Shown here: in pieces, positions 1-8,808 of the stretch
Layout of the letters: each line of letters starts with the position of its first letter
Numbering within the stretch: position 1 is the first letter of the stretch
Source: Anaeromyxobacteraceae bacterium
GTDB lineage: Bacteria > Myxococcota > Myxococcia > Myxococcales > Anaeromyxobacteraceae
NCBI GenBank assembly: GCA_047602405.1
Contig: JASGHJ010000002.1
Coordinates: 512,001 to 576,000 of the forward strand
Direction of reading: 5' to 3'
DNA: 64,000 nucleotides
Program-made: the position numbers and the translations under genes
The notes under the pieces: generated by a model
What the model was told of the DNA's origin: nothing
What the model saw: only the letters and a program-made list of their open reading frames with translations
The model's database searches: none

Positions 1-612
1 GGCACCCCGGTCACCGACAAGGGTGAGTCGGCCGGCGAGTGGGTCTACGACCTCGCGCCGTACCCGACCGCCCCGTCGAACATGAACATGGCCCGCGCCT
101 CGTTCATCGCCCAGTGCATCATCTCCTACGAGCTGCAGAACTCCCTGACCGAGTGCAACTACACGCTCCCGGTCTGGGCGTCCCCGCTGAAGAGCCGTGA
201 CGGCGCCATCGCCACGGTCGGCGGGAAGCCCGTGAAGGGCTACCGCGGTGACCCGGAGCTCGACGTGAAGGTCTACAACGCCGTCACGGGCGAGAACCTC
301 ACCCAGGCCGACTACGAGAAGATGGGCCTGCGCCTCTTCACGCTCTGGCGCGTGTACATGGCGCGCGTCATGTCGGCCCGCACGGCCGGCAAGGGCGCGG
401 ACCTCTCGGTCGCCTTCGACCTCGCCCCCGAGTGGGCGTTCGAGGCGAGCCACGCGGGCGCCTGGACGAGCGAGGCGGAGTTCGAGGCCGGCCGGAAGAT
501 GATCTACGACCTGTTCGGCTACACGGCGAAGGGCCTGCCCACCGCGGCGACCCTCGGCGCCATCGGGCTCGGTGACACGGTCGCGACGCTGCAGGCGGAA
601 GGCATCATCTAG
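1..612 (+). CDS. ydhV: Aldehyde:ferredoxin oxidoreductase family (YdhV-type Mo/W oxidoreductase), C-terminal part; 5' end lies outside the window
   Basis: Frame open from base 1. 'LQNSLTECNYTLPVWASPLKSR...YRGD...NAVTGE...G.PT..TL..IGL' resembles the E. coli YdhV C-terminus. Followed by a YdhW-like gene. Confidence 0.8.
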   Translation, partial: GTPVTDKGESAGEWVYDLAPYPTAPSNMNMARASFIAQCIISYELQNSLTECNYTLPVWASPLKSRDGAIATVGGKPVKGYRGDPELDVKVYNAVTGENLTQADYEKMGLRLFTLWRVYMARVMSARTAGKGADLSVAFDLAPEWAFEASHAGAWTSEAEFEAGRKMIYDLFGYTAKGLPTAATLGAIGLGDTVATLQAEGII

Positions 613-639
613 GCCGTACCGTCCGTGGACGGCTGAACG

Positions 640-671
640 CGGCCCCCGGACCGAAGCTGGTCCGGGGGCCG
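640..671 (+). terminator. Strong GC hairpin between ydhV and ydhW (terminator or processing/stability element)
   Basis: CGGCCCCCGGACC-gaagct-GGTCCGGGGGCCG, a perfect 13-bp stem with no U-tract. Confidence 0.5.
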
Positions 672-688
672 TCCTCTCGGAGGAGCGC

Positions 689-1579
689 ATGAACGCGATC
701 ACGAACGTCGAGCACCTCTTCGATCCCACGCGCCCGGCGCCGCCCGAGAAGCTGCAGGCCGTCCCGCAGGACGTCCCGGACGCCCGGCCGGCGGCGCTCA
801 AGGCCACCATCGCCGCGCACGTCCGGGAGGCCTCCAGGGCGGGGCGGATCGCGACCGAGCAGTCGGTCCGCGCGCTCGCGCCGGAGCTCTCCCAGCAGCG
901 CCTCTCCGAGCTCCTGGCCGAGATGGCGGGGGAGGGCGCCTACGGCGACGTGAAGGCGGTGGTCGCGCCGTCCGGGCGGGTCTACCTCTTCTCCGAGACG
1001 ACGCTCATCGCCGTCGAGGCGCAGCAGAAGGCGGGCGTCGAGGAGGCGAAGATCGCCATCGCCGAGAAGATCCGGGCCGACTCCCGGATGCTCCTGCTCA
1101 CCCCGGCCGCCGCGCTCGAGCCCCTGTTCCCGTTCGAGGGCGAGGCCCAGCGCGCGGGGCTGCTCGAGGAGGTGAAGGCGGACCCCCGCTTCAAGGACCT
1201 CCAGGCCGTCACCGGCCCGAAGGGCGAGGTCTACTGGCACTCCGACGCCTACATCAGCGGCAACTACGGCAAGATCATGATGCGCTCCAGGACCGCCGAC
1301 TTCGGGTGGGCGATCGCGGAGTTCGTGCGCGACCGGTCGATGATCCAGCCCGCGCCGACGCGCATCTCGGTCTTCAAGGAGTCGGTGTTCGGCATCGACT
1401 TCCGGAAGATCGAGGACCTCGTGCTCGAGCTCCTCGCGAAGCCCGAGTACGCCGACGTGAAGAAGCTCGTCCAGCGCGAGACGGGCGCGGTCTACCTCTA
1501 CTCGGAGCGGCACCTCACCGAGCAGCAGGCCACCCACCTCATGGACTGGGAAGAGGTCGAGAAGGCGCGGAACCCGTAG
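689..1579 (+). CDS. ydhW: YdhW-family oxidoreductase accessory protein with three internal repeats
   Basis: GGAGGAG RBS before ATG 689. C-terminus 'PEYADVKK...VYLYSERHLT...WEEVEKARNP' resembles YdhW. Lies directly downstream of ydhV. Confidence 0.75.
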   Translation: MNAITNVEHLFDPTRPAPPEKLQAVPQDVPDARPAALKATIAAHVREASRAGRIATEQSVRALAPELSQQRLSELLAEMAGEGAYGDVKAVVAPSGRVYLFSETTLIAVEAQQKAGVEEAKIAIAEKIRADSRMLLLTPAAALEPLFPFEGEAQRAGLLEEVKADPRFKDLQAVTGPKGEVYWHSDAYISGNYGKIMMRSRTADFGWAIAEFVRDRSMIQPAPTRISVFKESVFGIDFRKIEDLVLELLAKPEYADVKKLVQRETGAVYLYSERHLTEQQATHLMDWEEVEKARNP

Positions 1580-1584
1580 GGCCG

Positions 1585-3000
1585 CTACCCGGCGCTCTCG
1601 AGGCCCAGCTTCCGGATCTGGTAGCGCAGCGAGTCGTAGGTGATGCCCAGGAGCTTCGCGGCCTGGGCCTTGTTCCCGTGCGCCCGGGCGAAGGCCTGCT
1701 CGATGAGGCTCTTCTCGAGCTCGTCGAGCGAGAGCCCCTCGGGCGGCAGCTGCAGCCCGGAGCCCGCCGCCGGCGCGCCGTGCGCGTGTGCGTGCGCGGG
1801 CGCGAGCCGCAGGAGCTCCTTGGGGAGGTGCTCGGCGCGGACGATCGGGCCGGCCTCCAGCACCACGATGCGCTCGAAGACGTTCCGGAGCTCCCGGACG
1901 TTGCCCGGCCAGGCGTAGGCGGTGAGGAGCCGCTCGGCCTCGGGGGTGAACTCGGTCATCGGCGTGCGGCCGTACTTCGTCGCGAAGTTCCCGAGGAAGT
2001 GGCGCGCGAGGGGCAGCACGTCCTCGGGCCGCTCGCGCAGCGCCGGGATGTGGATTGAGAAGGTGGCGAGCCGGTAGAAGAGGTCCATCCGGAACTCGCC
2101 GTTCCGGACCGCCTCGTCGAGGTCGCGGTTGGTGGTCGCGAAGACCGTGGCGTCGATAGGGAGATCGTGGCGCCCGCCGATGCGCCGCACGGTCCGCTCC
2201 TCCAGCACGCGCAGGAGCTTCGCCTGCAGGTTCCACTTCATCTCCCCGATCTCGTCGAGGAGGATGGTGCCGCCGGAGGCGAGCTCGAAGATGCCCTTCT
2301 TCTCGGAGCGGGCGTCGGTGAAGGAGCCCTTCTCGTGCCCGAAGAGCTCGCTCTCGATGAGCTGCTCGGGCAGCGCGGCGCAGTTGATCCCGATGAAGGG
2401 CCGCAGGCGCCCGCCGTTCGCGGCGTGCATGAGGTCGTGGATGTAGCGGGACATCAGCTCCTTGCCGGTCCCGCTCTCGCCGGTGACGAGCACCATCGGC
2501 ACCGCGGCGCGGGCGAGCTTCTCGGCGGCGGCGCGCAGCTCGCGCACGACCGCGGAGCCGCCCACCGGCTCGCGGCGCGCGAGCGCGGGCCCGCTGATGC
2601 GGCGGAGGTACTCGACCTCCTGGCGGAGCTGGCCCTTCTCCAGGATCGACGCCAGGACGAGCTTCACCTCGTCGAGGTCGAAGGGCTTCGTCAGGTAGTC
2701 GACCGCCCCCATCTTCATCGCCCGCACCGCGCTCTCCGCGCTGCCGTCGGAGGAGAGCATCACCACCTGCCCCGGGATGGCCCGCTCGGTGAGCTCGCCG
2801 AGCACGTCGAGCCCGGTGGTGCCCGGGAGCTTCAGATCCAGGAGGACGAGGTCGGGCGCGAAGGTCCGGAGCTCCTCGACCGCGCCGGCGGGGTCGGTGC
2901 GGGCGAGGACCTCGTAGCCCTCGCCCCGGAGCGCCCGGGCGAGCATGGTGACCACGAGCTCGTCGTCGTCGAGCAGGAAGATGCGGGCCCTGACGCTCAT
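1585..3000 (-). CDS. Sigma54-dependent response regulator (REC-AAA+-Fis HTH, NtrC/AtoC family)
   Basis: REC (LLDDDE, LLDLKLP), Walker A GESGTGKE, GSFTDA loop, Walker B LLDEIGE, WPGNVREL, HTH GNKAQAAKLLGI. Start overlaps the kinase stop. Confidence 0.95.
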   Translation of the reverse strand: MSVRARIFLLDDDELVVTMLARALRGEGYEVLARTDPAGAVEELRTFAPDLVLLDLKLPGTTGLDVLGELTERAIPGQVVMLSSDGSAESAVRAMKMGAVDYLTKPFDLDEVKLVLASILEKGQLRQEVEYLRRISGPALARREPVGGSAVVRELRAAAEKLARAAVPMVLVTGESGTGKELMSRYIHDLMHAANGGRLRPFIGINCAALPEQLIESELFGHEKGSFTDARSEKKGIFELASGGTILLDEIGEMKWNLQAKLLRVLEERTVRRIGGRHDLPIDATVFATTNRDLDEAVRNGEFRMDLFYRLATFSIHIPALRERPEDVLPLARHFLGNFATKYGRTPMTEFTPEAERLLTAYAWPGNVRELRNVFERIVVLEAGPIVRAEHLPKELLRLAPAHAHAHGAPAAGSGLQLPPEGLSLDELEKSLIEQAFARAHGNKAQAAKLLGITYDSLRYQIRKLGLESAG

Positions 3001-4439
3001 GCGGATCTCCGGGCGGGCGGGGCGTCCGCCGGCAGGTGGAGCTGGAAGACGGTGCCGCCCGCGGCCCCCGGCGCGAACGAGAGCGAGCCGCCCTGCTGCT
3101 CGGCGAGCCGCTTCGAGACGGCGAGCCCGAGCCCGGTGCCCCCGGGCTTGGTGGTGAAGAAGGGCTGGAAGACGTGCGGGGCGTGCTCGGGGCTGATGCC
3201 CCGGCCGCCGTCGACGATCGCCACCTGCACCTCGCCGCGGGTGGCGTCGTAGGAGGTGCGCACCTCCACCTGCCCGCCGTCGGGCATCGCGTCCGCGGCG
3301 TTGAGGAGGAGGTTGAGCAGGATCTGCTGGAGCTGGCGCGGGTCGGCCCGGATCGCCGGGACCTGCCCGAGCGTCCGCGCCAGCCGCAGCGGGCGCTCGG
3401 CGCGATCCACGTGGCTCCTGAGGTAGAAGGAGGCCACGGTCTCGACGAAGGTGTTCACGTCGACCGAGGCGAGCTGGGGCCGCGCCGGGCGGGCGAAGTC
3501 GAGGAAGGCGCGGAGCATGCCCTCGAGCCCCACCACCTCGCGGGCGACCTTCTCGAGCACCGCCCGGTCCTCCCCCGAGAGCTTCGCTTCGTGGACGAGG
3601 ACCTGCATCGCCGCCTTGATGCCGGCGAGCGGGTTCTTGATCTCGTGCACGAGCCCCGCGGCGAGCTCGCCGACGACCACGAGCTGCTCGGTGCGCTGCA
3701 TGAGCTGCATCTGCTCCTGGAGCGAGCCGGCCATGTCGTTGAAGGACTGGGCGAGCTCGGCGAACTCGTCGCGCAGCCCCAGCACCCGGTGATCGAGGTC
3801 GCCGTGCTTGAGCCGCCGGGTCGCCTCGAGGAGCGCGTCGAGCGGGTTCGTGAGCCCGGTCACCGCGACGAGCCCCACCAGCACCGAGAGGAGCGGGCCG
3901 AAGACGACGAGCGCGTAGACCACGTACTTCGTGCGCGCGATGTCGTCGAGCGCGCGCAGCGTGTGCTCGGTGAGGAGCGCCTGGGTCGTGTCGACCATGG
4001 TGCGGACCTGCAGGACGAGGTGATCCCCAATCTCGTAGGCCTGCAGGCGCGCCGGGCCCACGTCCTCGCCGGCGTCGGCCGGCACCGCCGCGAGCGCGGC
4101 CCGGTAGCTCACCGTCTGCTGCCGCAGGGAGGCGAGCTGCTCCGTCACCCGCGGTGCGTGGTGGCAGCCGAAGCACCCGTCGATGGCGTCCTGCAGCCGG
4201 GTCACGTCCCCCGCGTCCGCGGGCACCGGCCGGGCGGGCGGCGAGCCGCGGAGGAGGAGATCGGCCTGGGTCTGCTTGAGCCTGAGGAGGAACCCCTCGC
4301 GCAGGAGCTCCACCTGGTGCTGGCGGATGACGCGATCGACGTCCTCGGTCGCGATCCGGATCTTGCTGGCGAGGTAGAGCCCCGCCACCAGGAACACGAG
4401 CGTGTGGAGCACCAGCCCCAGGATGATCTTCCGCCGCAT
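2997..4439 (-). CDS. Membrane sensor histidine kinase (periplasmic CxxCH motif, HAMP, HisKA, HATPase)
   Basis: Two TM segments flanking CFGCHH; H-box LVHEIKNPL; N-box LNLLLNA; G-boxes DGGRGI and FFTTKPGGTGLGL. Confidence 0.93.
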   Translation of the reverse strand: MRRKIILGLVLHTLVFLVAGLYLASKIRIATEDVDRVIRQHQVELLREGFLLRLKQTQADLLLRGSPPARPVPADAGDVTRLQDAIDGCFGCHHAPRVTEQLASLRQQTVSYRAALAAVPADAGEDVGPARLQAYEIGDHLVLQVRTMVDTTQALLTEHTLRALDDIARTKYVVYALVVFGPLLSVLVGLVAVTGLTNPLDALLEATRRLKHGDLDHRVLGLRDEFAELAQSFNDMAGSLQEQMQLMQRTEQLVVVGELAAGLVHEIKNPLAGIKAAMQVLVHEAKLSGEDRAVLEKVAREVVGLEGMLRAFLDFARPARPQLASVDVNTFVETVASFYLRSHVDRAERPLRLARTLGQVPAIRADPRQLQQILLNLLLNAADAMPDGGQVEVRTSYDATRGEVQVAIVDGGRGISPEHAPHVFQPFFTTKPGGTGLGLAVSKRLAEQQGGSLSFAPGAAGGTVFQLHLPADAPPARRSA

Positions 4440-4720
4440 CTCGAGGCCTCATTACGCCACGCCGCCGCCCTCCGCGTCCCCCTCAGGAGGTGCGGCATGA
4501 CGCCCGGGGTGTCAACGATCACTTCACCGTCAGTACGCTCACCCGCGCGCCGATCCGCCTGCTGGATCGCGAGCGGATGGCGGGCCAGCGGCACGAAGCC
4601 GCACCCGCGCCGGTGGACCCGACCCGCCCCGTCGGGCCAGGATCCGCGCCGTCCGGGGAGGGGCTCGCGGCGCTCGGCGTCCGTCCAGCCGTCAAAGCTC
4701 CCGGGCGGACGGAGGACGGG

Positions 4721-5257
4721 ATGGCCAAGGTGAAGGTCGGCGACAGGGTGAAGCTCCACTACACGGGCCGGCTCTCGGACGGCTCGGTGTTCGACTCCTC
4801 GCAGGACGCGGGCGACGAGGTGTACCGGAACTTCAGGGGCGGCGGGGTCGCGTTCGCGCCCATGGAGCTCGTGGTCGGGAGCGGGGAGATGCTGCCCGCC
4901 TTCGAGGAGGCGCTGGTCGGCCTCGAGCCCGGCGCGGAGGTGAGCATCACGCTGCCGCCCGCCCGGGCGTTCGGGCCGCGGCACGAGGACCGCGTGCTGA
5001 CGGTCGCCCGGGACGAGATCGTCCCGCGCGAGTCGGGCATCGAGTCCTTCCGCGTGGCGGAGGGCCGGCACCGCCCCAACAACTTCGACCCCGGCGTGGG
5101 CGACGTCCTCGAGGTGACGACGCTCGACGGCTCGCTCGCCCCCGCGAAGGTCATCGCGATGACCGAGGAGTCCGTGACGCTCGACTGGAACCACCCGCTG
5201 GCCGGCCGGGAGCTCACCTTCGAGATCCGGCTCGTGGAGATCGCGCCGGGCGCCTAG
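4721..5257 (+). CDS. FKBP-type peptidyl-prolyl isomerase (SlyD/FkpB-like)
   Basis: GGAGG RBS; VKLHYTGRLSDGSVFDSS, FEEALVGL, PPARAFG, VTLDWNHPLAGRELTFEI. Confidence 0.92.
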   Translation: MAKVKVGDRVKLHYTGRLSDGSVFDSSQDAGDEVYRNFRGGGVAFAPMELVVGSGEMLPAFEEALVGLEPGAEVSITLPPARAFGPRHEDRVLTVARDEIVPRESGIESFRVAEGRHRPNNFDPGVGDVLEVTTLDGSLAPAKVIAMTEESVTLDWNHPLAGRELTFEIRLVEIAPGA

Positions 5258-5523
5258 GCCCCGGCGAGCTCTCGCATGCGCTGCCGCAGGGCGAGGCGCT
5301 TCTTCGTGGCCGCGGCGTCGAACGGGGCCGCCTCGCGGCGCTCCAGCGAGGCCGCCCCGTGCCGGCAGACCTCCACGCACAGGCCGCAGCCCTCGCAGAA
5401 CGCCTCGCCCGCGAGCCGCGATCTTCCGTTGACCGTGTGGAGGGCCTCGTTGGGGCACTCGGTGATGCACAGGCCACACCCCGTACAGTCCGCCCCGACG
5501 AACCCGACGATCTCCCGCAGCAT
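5254..5523 (-). CDS. 2x[4Fe-4S] ferredoxin-like protein
   Basis: CTGCGLCITECP and CEGCGLCVEVCR. Confidence 0.88.
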   Translation of the reverse strand: MLREIVGFVGADCTGCGLCITECPNEALHTVNGRSRLAGEAFCEGCGLCVEVCRHGAASLERREAAPFDAAATKKRLALRQRMRELAGA

Positions 5524-5594
5524 GGCTCACCACCCTAGCCGACCCGCCCGCGCCGGGACCATCACCCGGGGCGCGGCGTAAGGACGCGCAGTCC

Positions 5595-6767
5595 ATGATC
5601 CCCGATCCCGACAGGTTCCTCGCCGCGGCCGCCGGTGGCGCCGCCGGCGCCGTCCGCGACCTCCTCGCCTCCGCGCCCGAGCTCGTCCGCCACCGCGACC
5701 GGCCGCAGGGCACGACCGCCCTCCACCTCGCCGCCCGCCACGGCCACCGGGAGGTGGTGCAGGCGCTGCTCGACGCGGGGGCCGAGGTCGACGCCCTCGA
5801 GACGGCGAGCGGCACGACCGCGCTGCACTGGGCCGCCGAGGTGGGCCACCCGTCCGTCGTCGAGGCGCTCGTGGCGCGCGGGGCCTCGCTCGAGCTGCGC
5901 GACGCCTGGTACGGTTACACGCCGCTCGGCTGGGCGACGGCCGTGGCGATCGTCTCGAAGGCGCACCGCGATCGCGCCGGCGCCGCCGACGCGCTCCGGC
6001 GCGCGGGCGCGCAGGAGGACGTCTTCACGGCGCTCGGCGCCCGGGACGCGGCGGCGCTCCGCCGGCTCGTCGCCGCCGACCCGGCCCGCCTCGAGCAGCG
6101 GAACGGCTTCGCCGACGACGCGCTCACCCCGCTCCTCTGGGCCGCCGGCCACGGGTGGGACGAGGGCGTCGAGGCGCTGCTCGCGCTGGGCGCCGACACC
6201 GGCGCGCGCTGCGCGCTCGGCCTGACCCCGCTCGGGATCGCGCTGCACCGCTCGCACGACGGCTCGGCGCGGGTGCTCGTCGGGCACGGCGCGCTCCAGG
6301 ACGTCTCCACCGCGGTCGTCGGCGGCAGCGCCGCCACGCTCACGCCGGAGGTGGCCCCCGAGCTCACCCCCGCGCTCGCGACCCGGCTCCTCTTCGTCGC
6401 GGCGATGGAGGGCTGGGGCGACGTCGTCGAGGCGCTGGTGCGCCGCGGCGCCGAGCCCGCCCACCGGATGAAGCGGCTCCTGCGCGAGTCGCCGCTCGTG
6501 GCGACCCCGCTCCACCTCGCCGCGCGCTTCGACAAGCCGAAGGCCGTGAAGGCCCTCGCCGCCGCGGGGGCCCCGCTCGACGCGGGCCCGGAGGACGGCG
6601 CCCCCACCGCCCTCCACGTCGCCGCCGGCGAGGGCCACCACCGCACCGTCGAGGCCCTCCTCGCGGCCGGCGCGCGACGGGACGTCCTCGATCCCTGGTT
6701 CAACGCCACCGCGTCCCAGTGGGCCGGGTCCAGCGGCGATTCCCAGACGATCCTCCTCCTCCGCTGA
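5595..6767 (+). CDS. Ankyrin repeat protein
   Basis: Repeated TALHLAA/TALHWAA/TPLLWAA/TPLHLAA...V..LL..GA motifs. Confidence 0.92.
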   Translation: MIPDPDRFLAAAAGGAAGAVRDLLASAPELVRHRDRPQGTTALHLAARHGHREVVQALLDAGAEVDALETASGTTALHWAAEVGHPSVVEALVARGASLELRDAWYGYTPLGWATAVAIVSKAHRDRAGAADALRRAGAQEDVFTALGARDAAALRRLVAADPARLEQRNGFADDALTPLLWAAGHGWDEGVEALLALGADTGARCALGLTPLGIALHRSHDGSARVLVGHGALQDVSTAVVGGSAATLTPEVAPELTPALATRLLFVAAMEGWGDVVEALVRRGAEPAHRMKRLLRESPLVATPLHLAARFDKPKAVKALAAAGAPLDAGPEDGAPTALHVAAGEGHHRTVEALLAAGARRDVLDPWFNATASQWAGSSGDSQTILLLR

Positions 6768-6774
6768 GCGCCCT

Positions 6775-6797
6775 CGTTCGACGTTCGACGTTCGACG
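6775..6797. repeat. Heptamer tandem repeat (CGTTCGA)x3
   Basis: cgttcga-cgttcga-cgttcga-cg just after the ankyrin stop. Confidence 0.85.
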
Positions 6798-6810
6798 GAG
6801 GTACGGTGCC

Positions 6811-7515
6811 GTGGGGGCGAAACGCGCCTCCGCGACGCCGGCCGGCTGCGTCGGACTGACGTCACCACATCTCCCGCTCATGGTGAGCGTAGCCGCGCGA
6901 AGCGCGGCGGAGTCGAACCAGGCAGGCCTGCGGTTGAGTTGCGTGTGACGGCACGGCGCGCTGCGCGCGCCATGCCGTCACGCGCACACATCCCTTGGCC
7001 TGCAATCGCTAGGATCCTGGTGGCGTGGAGAGCCCGACCTCCGCCGGCCGGCGCTGCGGAGGCGCGTTTCGCCCTCGGGGGTGGAGACCTGAGGTCGGCC
7101 GATACTGCTGGGTGGTGAGTGATGAACTCATGGTGAGTGACGGCGACGACGGCGATGACGGTGATGCGGGACGGATCGCCGCCCCGCCGCTGGCCGTTCA
7201 TCAGCACCCGTTAGTCGCCCATCAGCACCCAGCAGTCTCGGCCGGCCTTCATCCGCTACCCCCGAGAGCCAAACGGGCCTCCGCAGCAGCGCGCAGCGAG
7301 CGACGGGCGAGGTACCGTCACCACATCTCGCATTGCAGGCCAAGGAACCATCGCGCGAGGACGGCGCCGTGCGCGCAGCGCACGACGCCGTCACGCGCAC
7401 ATGGTCCGCAGGCGTGCTGCACGATCACCGCCGTGGAACGGCACGGTTCCGGCGATCTCTTCCGTCTCAAACCCGTCCGAGCAAGCGCTGTCGCGGAGGC
7501 CCGTTTGGCTCCCAA
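6811..7515. repeat. Non-coding nested inverted-repeat element: two diverged ~270-300 bp REPIN/MITE-like cassettes in inverted orientation
   Basis: Four copies of GRGCSAAACGSGCCTCCGC at ~6815(+), ~7056(-), ~7266(+), ~7493(-). Mirror pairs 6926/7406 (GCCTGCGG), 6993/7332 (CCTTGGCCTGCAAT) and 7097/7221, all centred near 7170. Confidence 0.8.
6873..6920. repeat. REP-like double hairpin of the GCTCA...TGAGC...GTCGAA type
   Basis: CGCTCA-tgg-TGAGCG, then GCCGCGC-gaa-GCGCGGC, then AGTCGAACC. Confidence 0.6.
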
Positions 7516-7571
7516 GGACACGCATGCCCACGGGACTGCCCCGGACCACCAGCATCGGCAGCGGGACGGGA

Positions 7572-8783
7572 TCAACGCACGACGAAATCCGGGCGGAGCA
7601 GCTGGACGTCGATGGGGGATCCCGGCTCGAGCTCGGCGCCGGTGTCCGGGAGGATGGCGAGGCCGTCTGCGCGGAGGGAAGGGTGGATGAGCCCCGCCTC
7701 CTGCTTGCCCGCGCTGAAGGCGTGGACGGCGCCGTTCACGAGCGCGAGGCGGACCCGGAGGACCAGGGCGCGGCCCGGCTTCGCGACGAGGCGCTCCTGG
7801 TAGAGGGCGCGCACCACCGGCCGGTCCACGTGGCGGTGGCCGCCCATGCGGAGGAGGGCGGGGCGGACGAAGGTCTCGAAGGTGAGGAGCGCCGCGACCG
7901 GGTTGCCGGGGAGGGTGAAGGCGGGGCGGTCGCCGCGCCGCCAGAAGGCGACCGGGCGGCCCGGCTTCATCTCGACCTTCCAGAAGACCTGGGTGGCGCC
8001 GACCGCCTCGAGCGAGGCGCGCACGTGGTCGCGGTCGCCCATCCAGACGCCGGCGGAGGTGACGAGGGCGTCGGAGGTGAAGCCCGCCGCCACGAGGGCC
8101 TCGGTCGCGGCGCGGTCGTCGCGGGCGACGCCGAGCGGGACCGGGACGCCGCCCGCCTCGGCCACCGCGGCGGCGAGGGCGGAGGAGTTCATGTCGTAGA
8201 GGCGGCCGGGCGCGCGCGGCTCACCCGGCGCGAGCAACTCGTCGCCGGTGGAGAGCACGGCGACGTGGGGGCGGCGCACGACCTCGACCTCGGTCCGCGA
8301 GAAGGCCGCGAGGACCGCGACGTCGGCGGGGGTCAGCACCGTGCCGGCCGCGAGCGCGAGGCCGCCCGCGCGGAGGTCCTCGCCCGCGCGGCGCACGTGG
8401 GCGCCCGGGCGGACCGGCGCGCGCACGAGCACGAAGTCCCCCTGGGCCTCGGCCTCCTCGAGCGGCACGATTGTGTCGGCGCCCTCGGGGACCGGGGCGC
8501 CGGTCATGATGCGGGCGGCGGCGCCGCGGGCGAGCGGCCCCGCCGGCACCCGCCCCGCGGGGACGAAGCCGCGGACGGCGAGCGTCGCGGGGAGCGCGGC
8601 GAGGTCGGCGGCGCGCACCGCGAAGCCGTCCATCGCGGAGTTGTCCCAGGCCGGGTGGTCCCAGGGCGCGAGGAGGTCGGCGGCGAGCACGCGCCCGACG
8701 CCGGCGGCGAGGGGGACGGCCTCGGCGGCGAGCGGTCGGACGTTCTCGAGGACGAGGGCCCTCGCCAGGGGAAGGCTCGGCAT
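7572..8783 (-). CDS. moeA: Molybdopterin molybdotransferase MoeA
   Basis: DNSAMDGFAV, IMTGAPVPEGAD, STGDEL, MKPGRP, LPGNPVAA. Confidence 0.95.
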   Translation of the reverse strand: MPSLPLARALVLENVRPLAAEAVPLAAGVGRVLAADLLAPWDHPAWDNSAMDGFAVRAADLAALPATLAVRGFVPAGRVPAGPLARGAAARIMTGAPVPEGADTIVPLEEAEAQGDFVLVRAPVRPGAHVRRAGEDLRAGGLALAAGTVLTPADVAVLAAFSRTEVEVVRRPHVAVLSTGDELLAPGEPRAPGRLYDMNSSALAAAVAEAGGVPVPLGVARDDRAATEALVAAGFTSDALVTSAGVWMGDRDHVRASLEAVGATQVFWKVEMKPGRPVAFWRRGDRPAFTLPGNPVAALLTFETFVRPALLRMGGHRHVDRPVVRALYQERLVAKPGRALVLRVRLALVNGAVHAFSAGKQEAGLIHPSLRADGLAILPDTGAELEPGSPIDVQLLRPDFVVR

Positions 8784-8808
8784 GGGCGAGAGGATACGCC
8801 GGAACGGC

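Noticed and set aside
6811..7515. CRISPR array, c-di-GMP riboswitch or protein-coding gene
   Set aside because: Repeats alternate in orientation with ~200-bp gaps; no cas genes; no GEMM consensus and it lies between convergent genes; overlapping ORFs lack the genome's codon bias.
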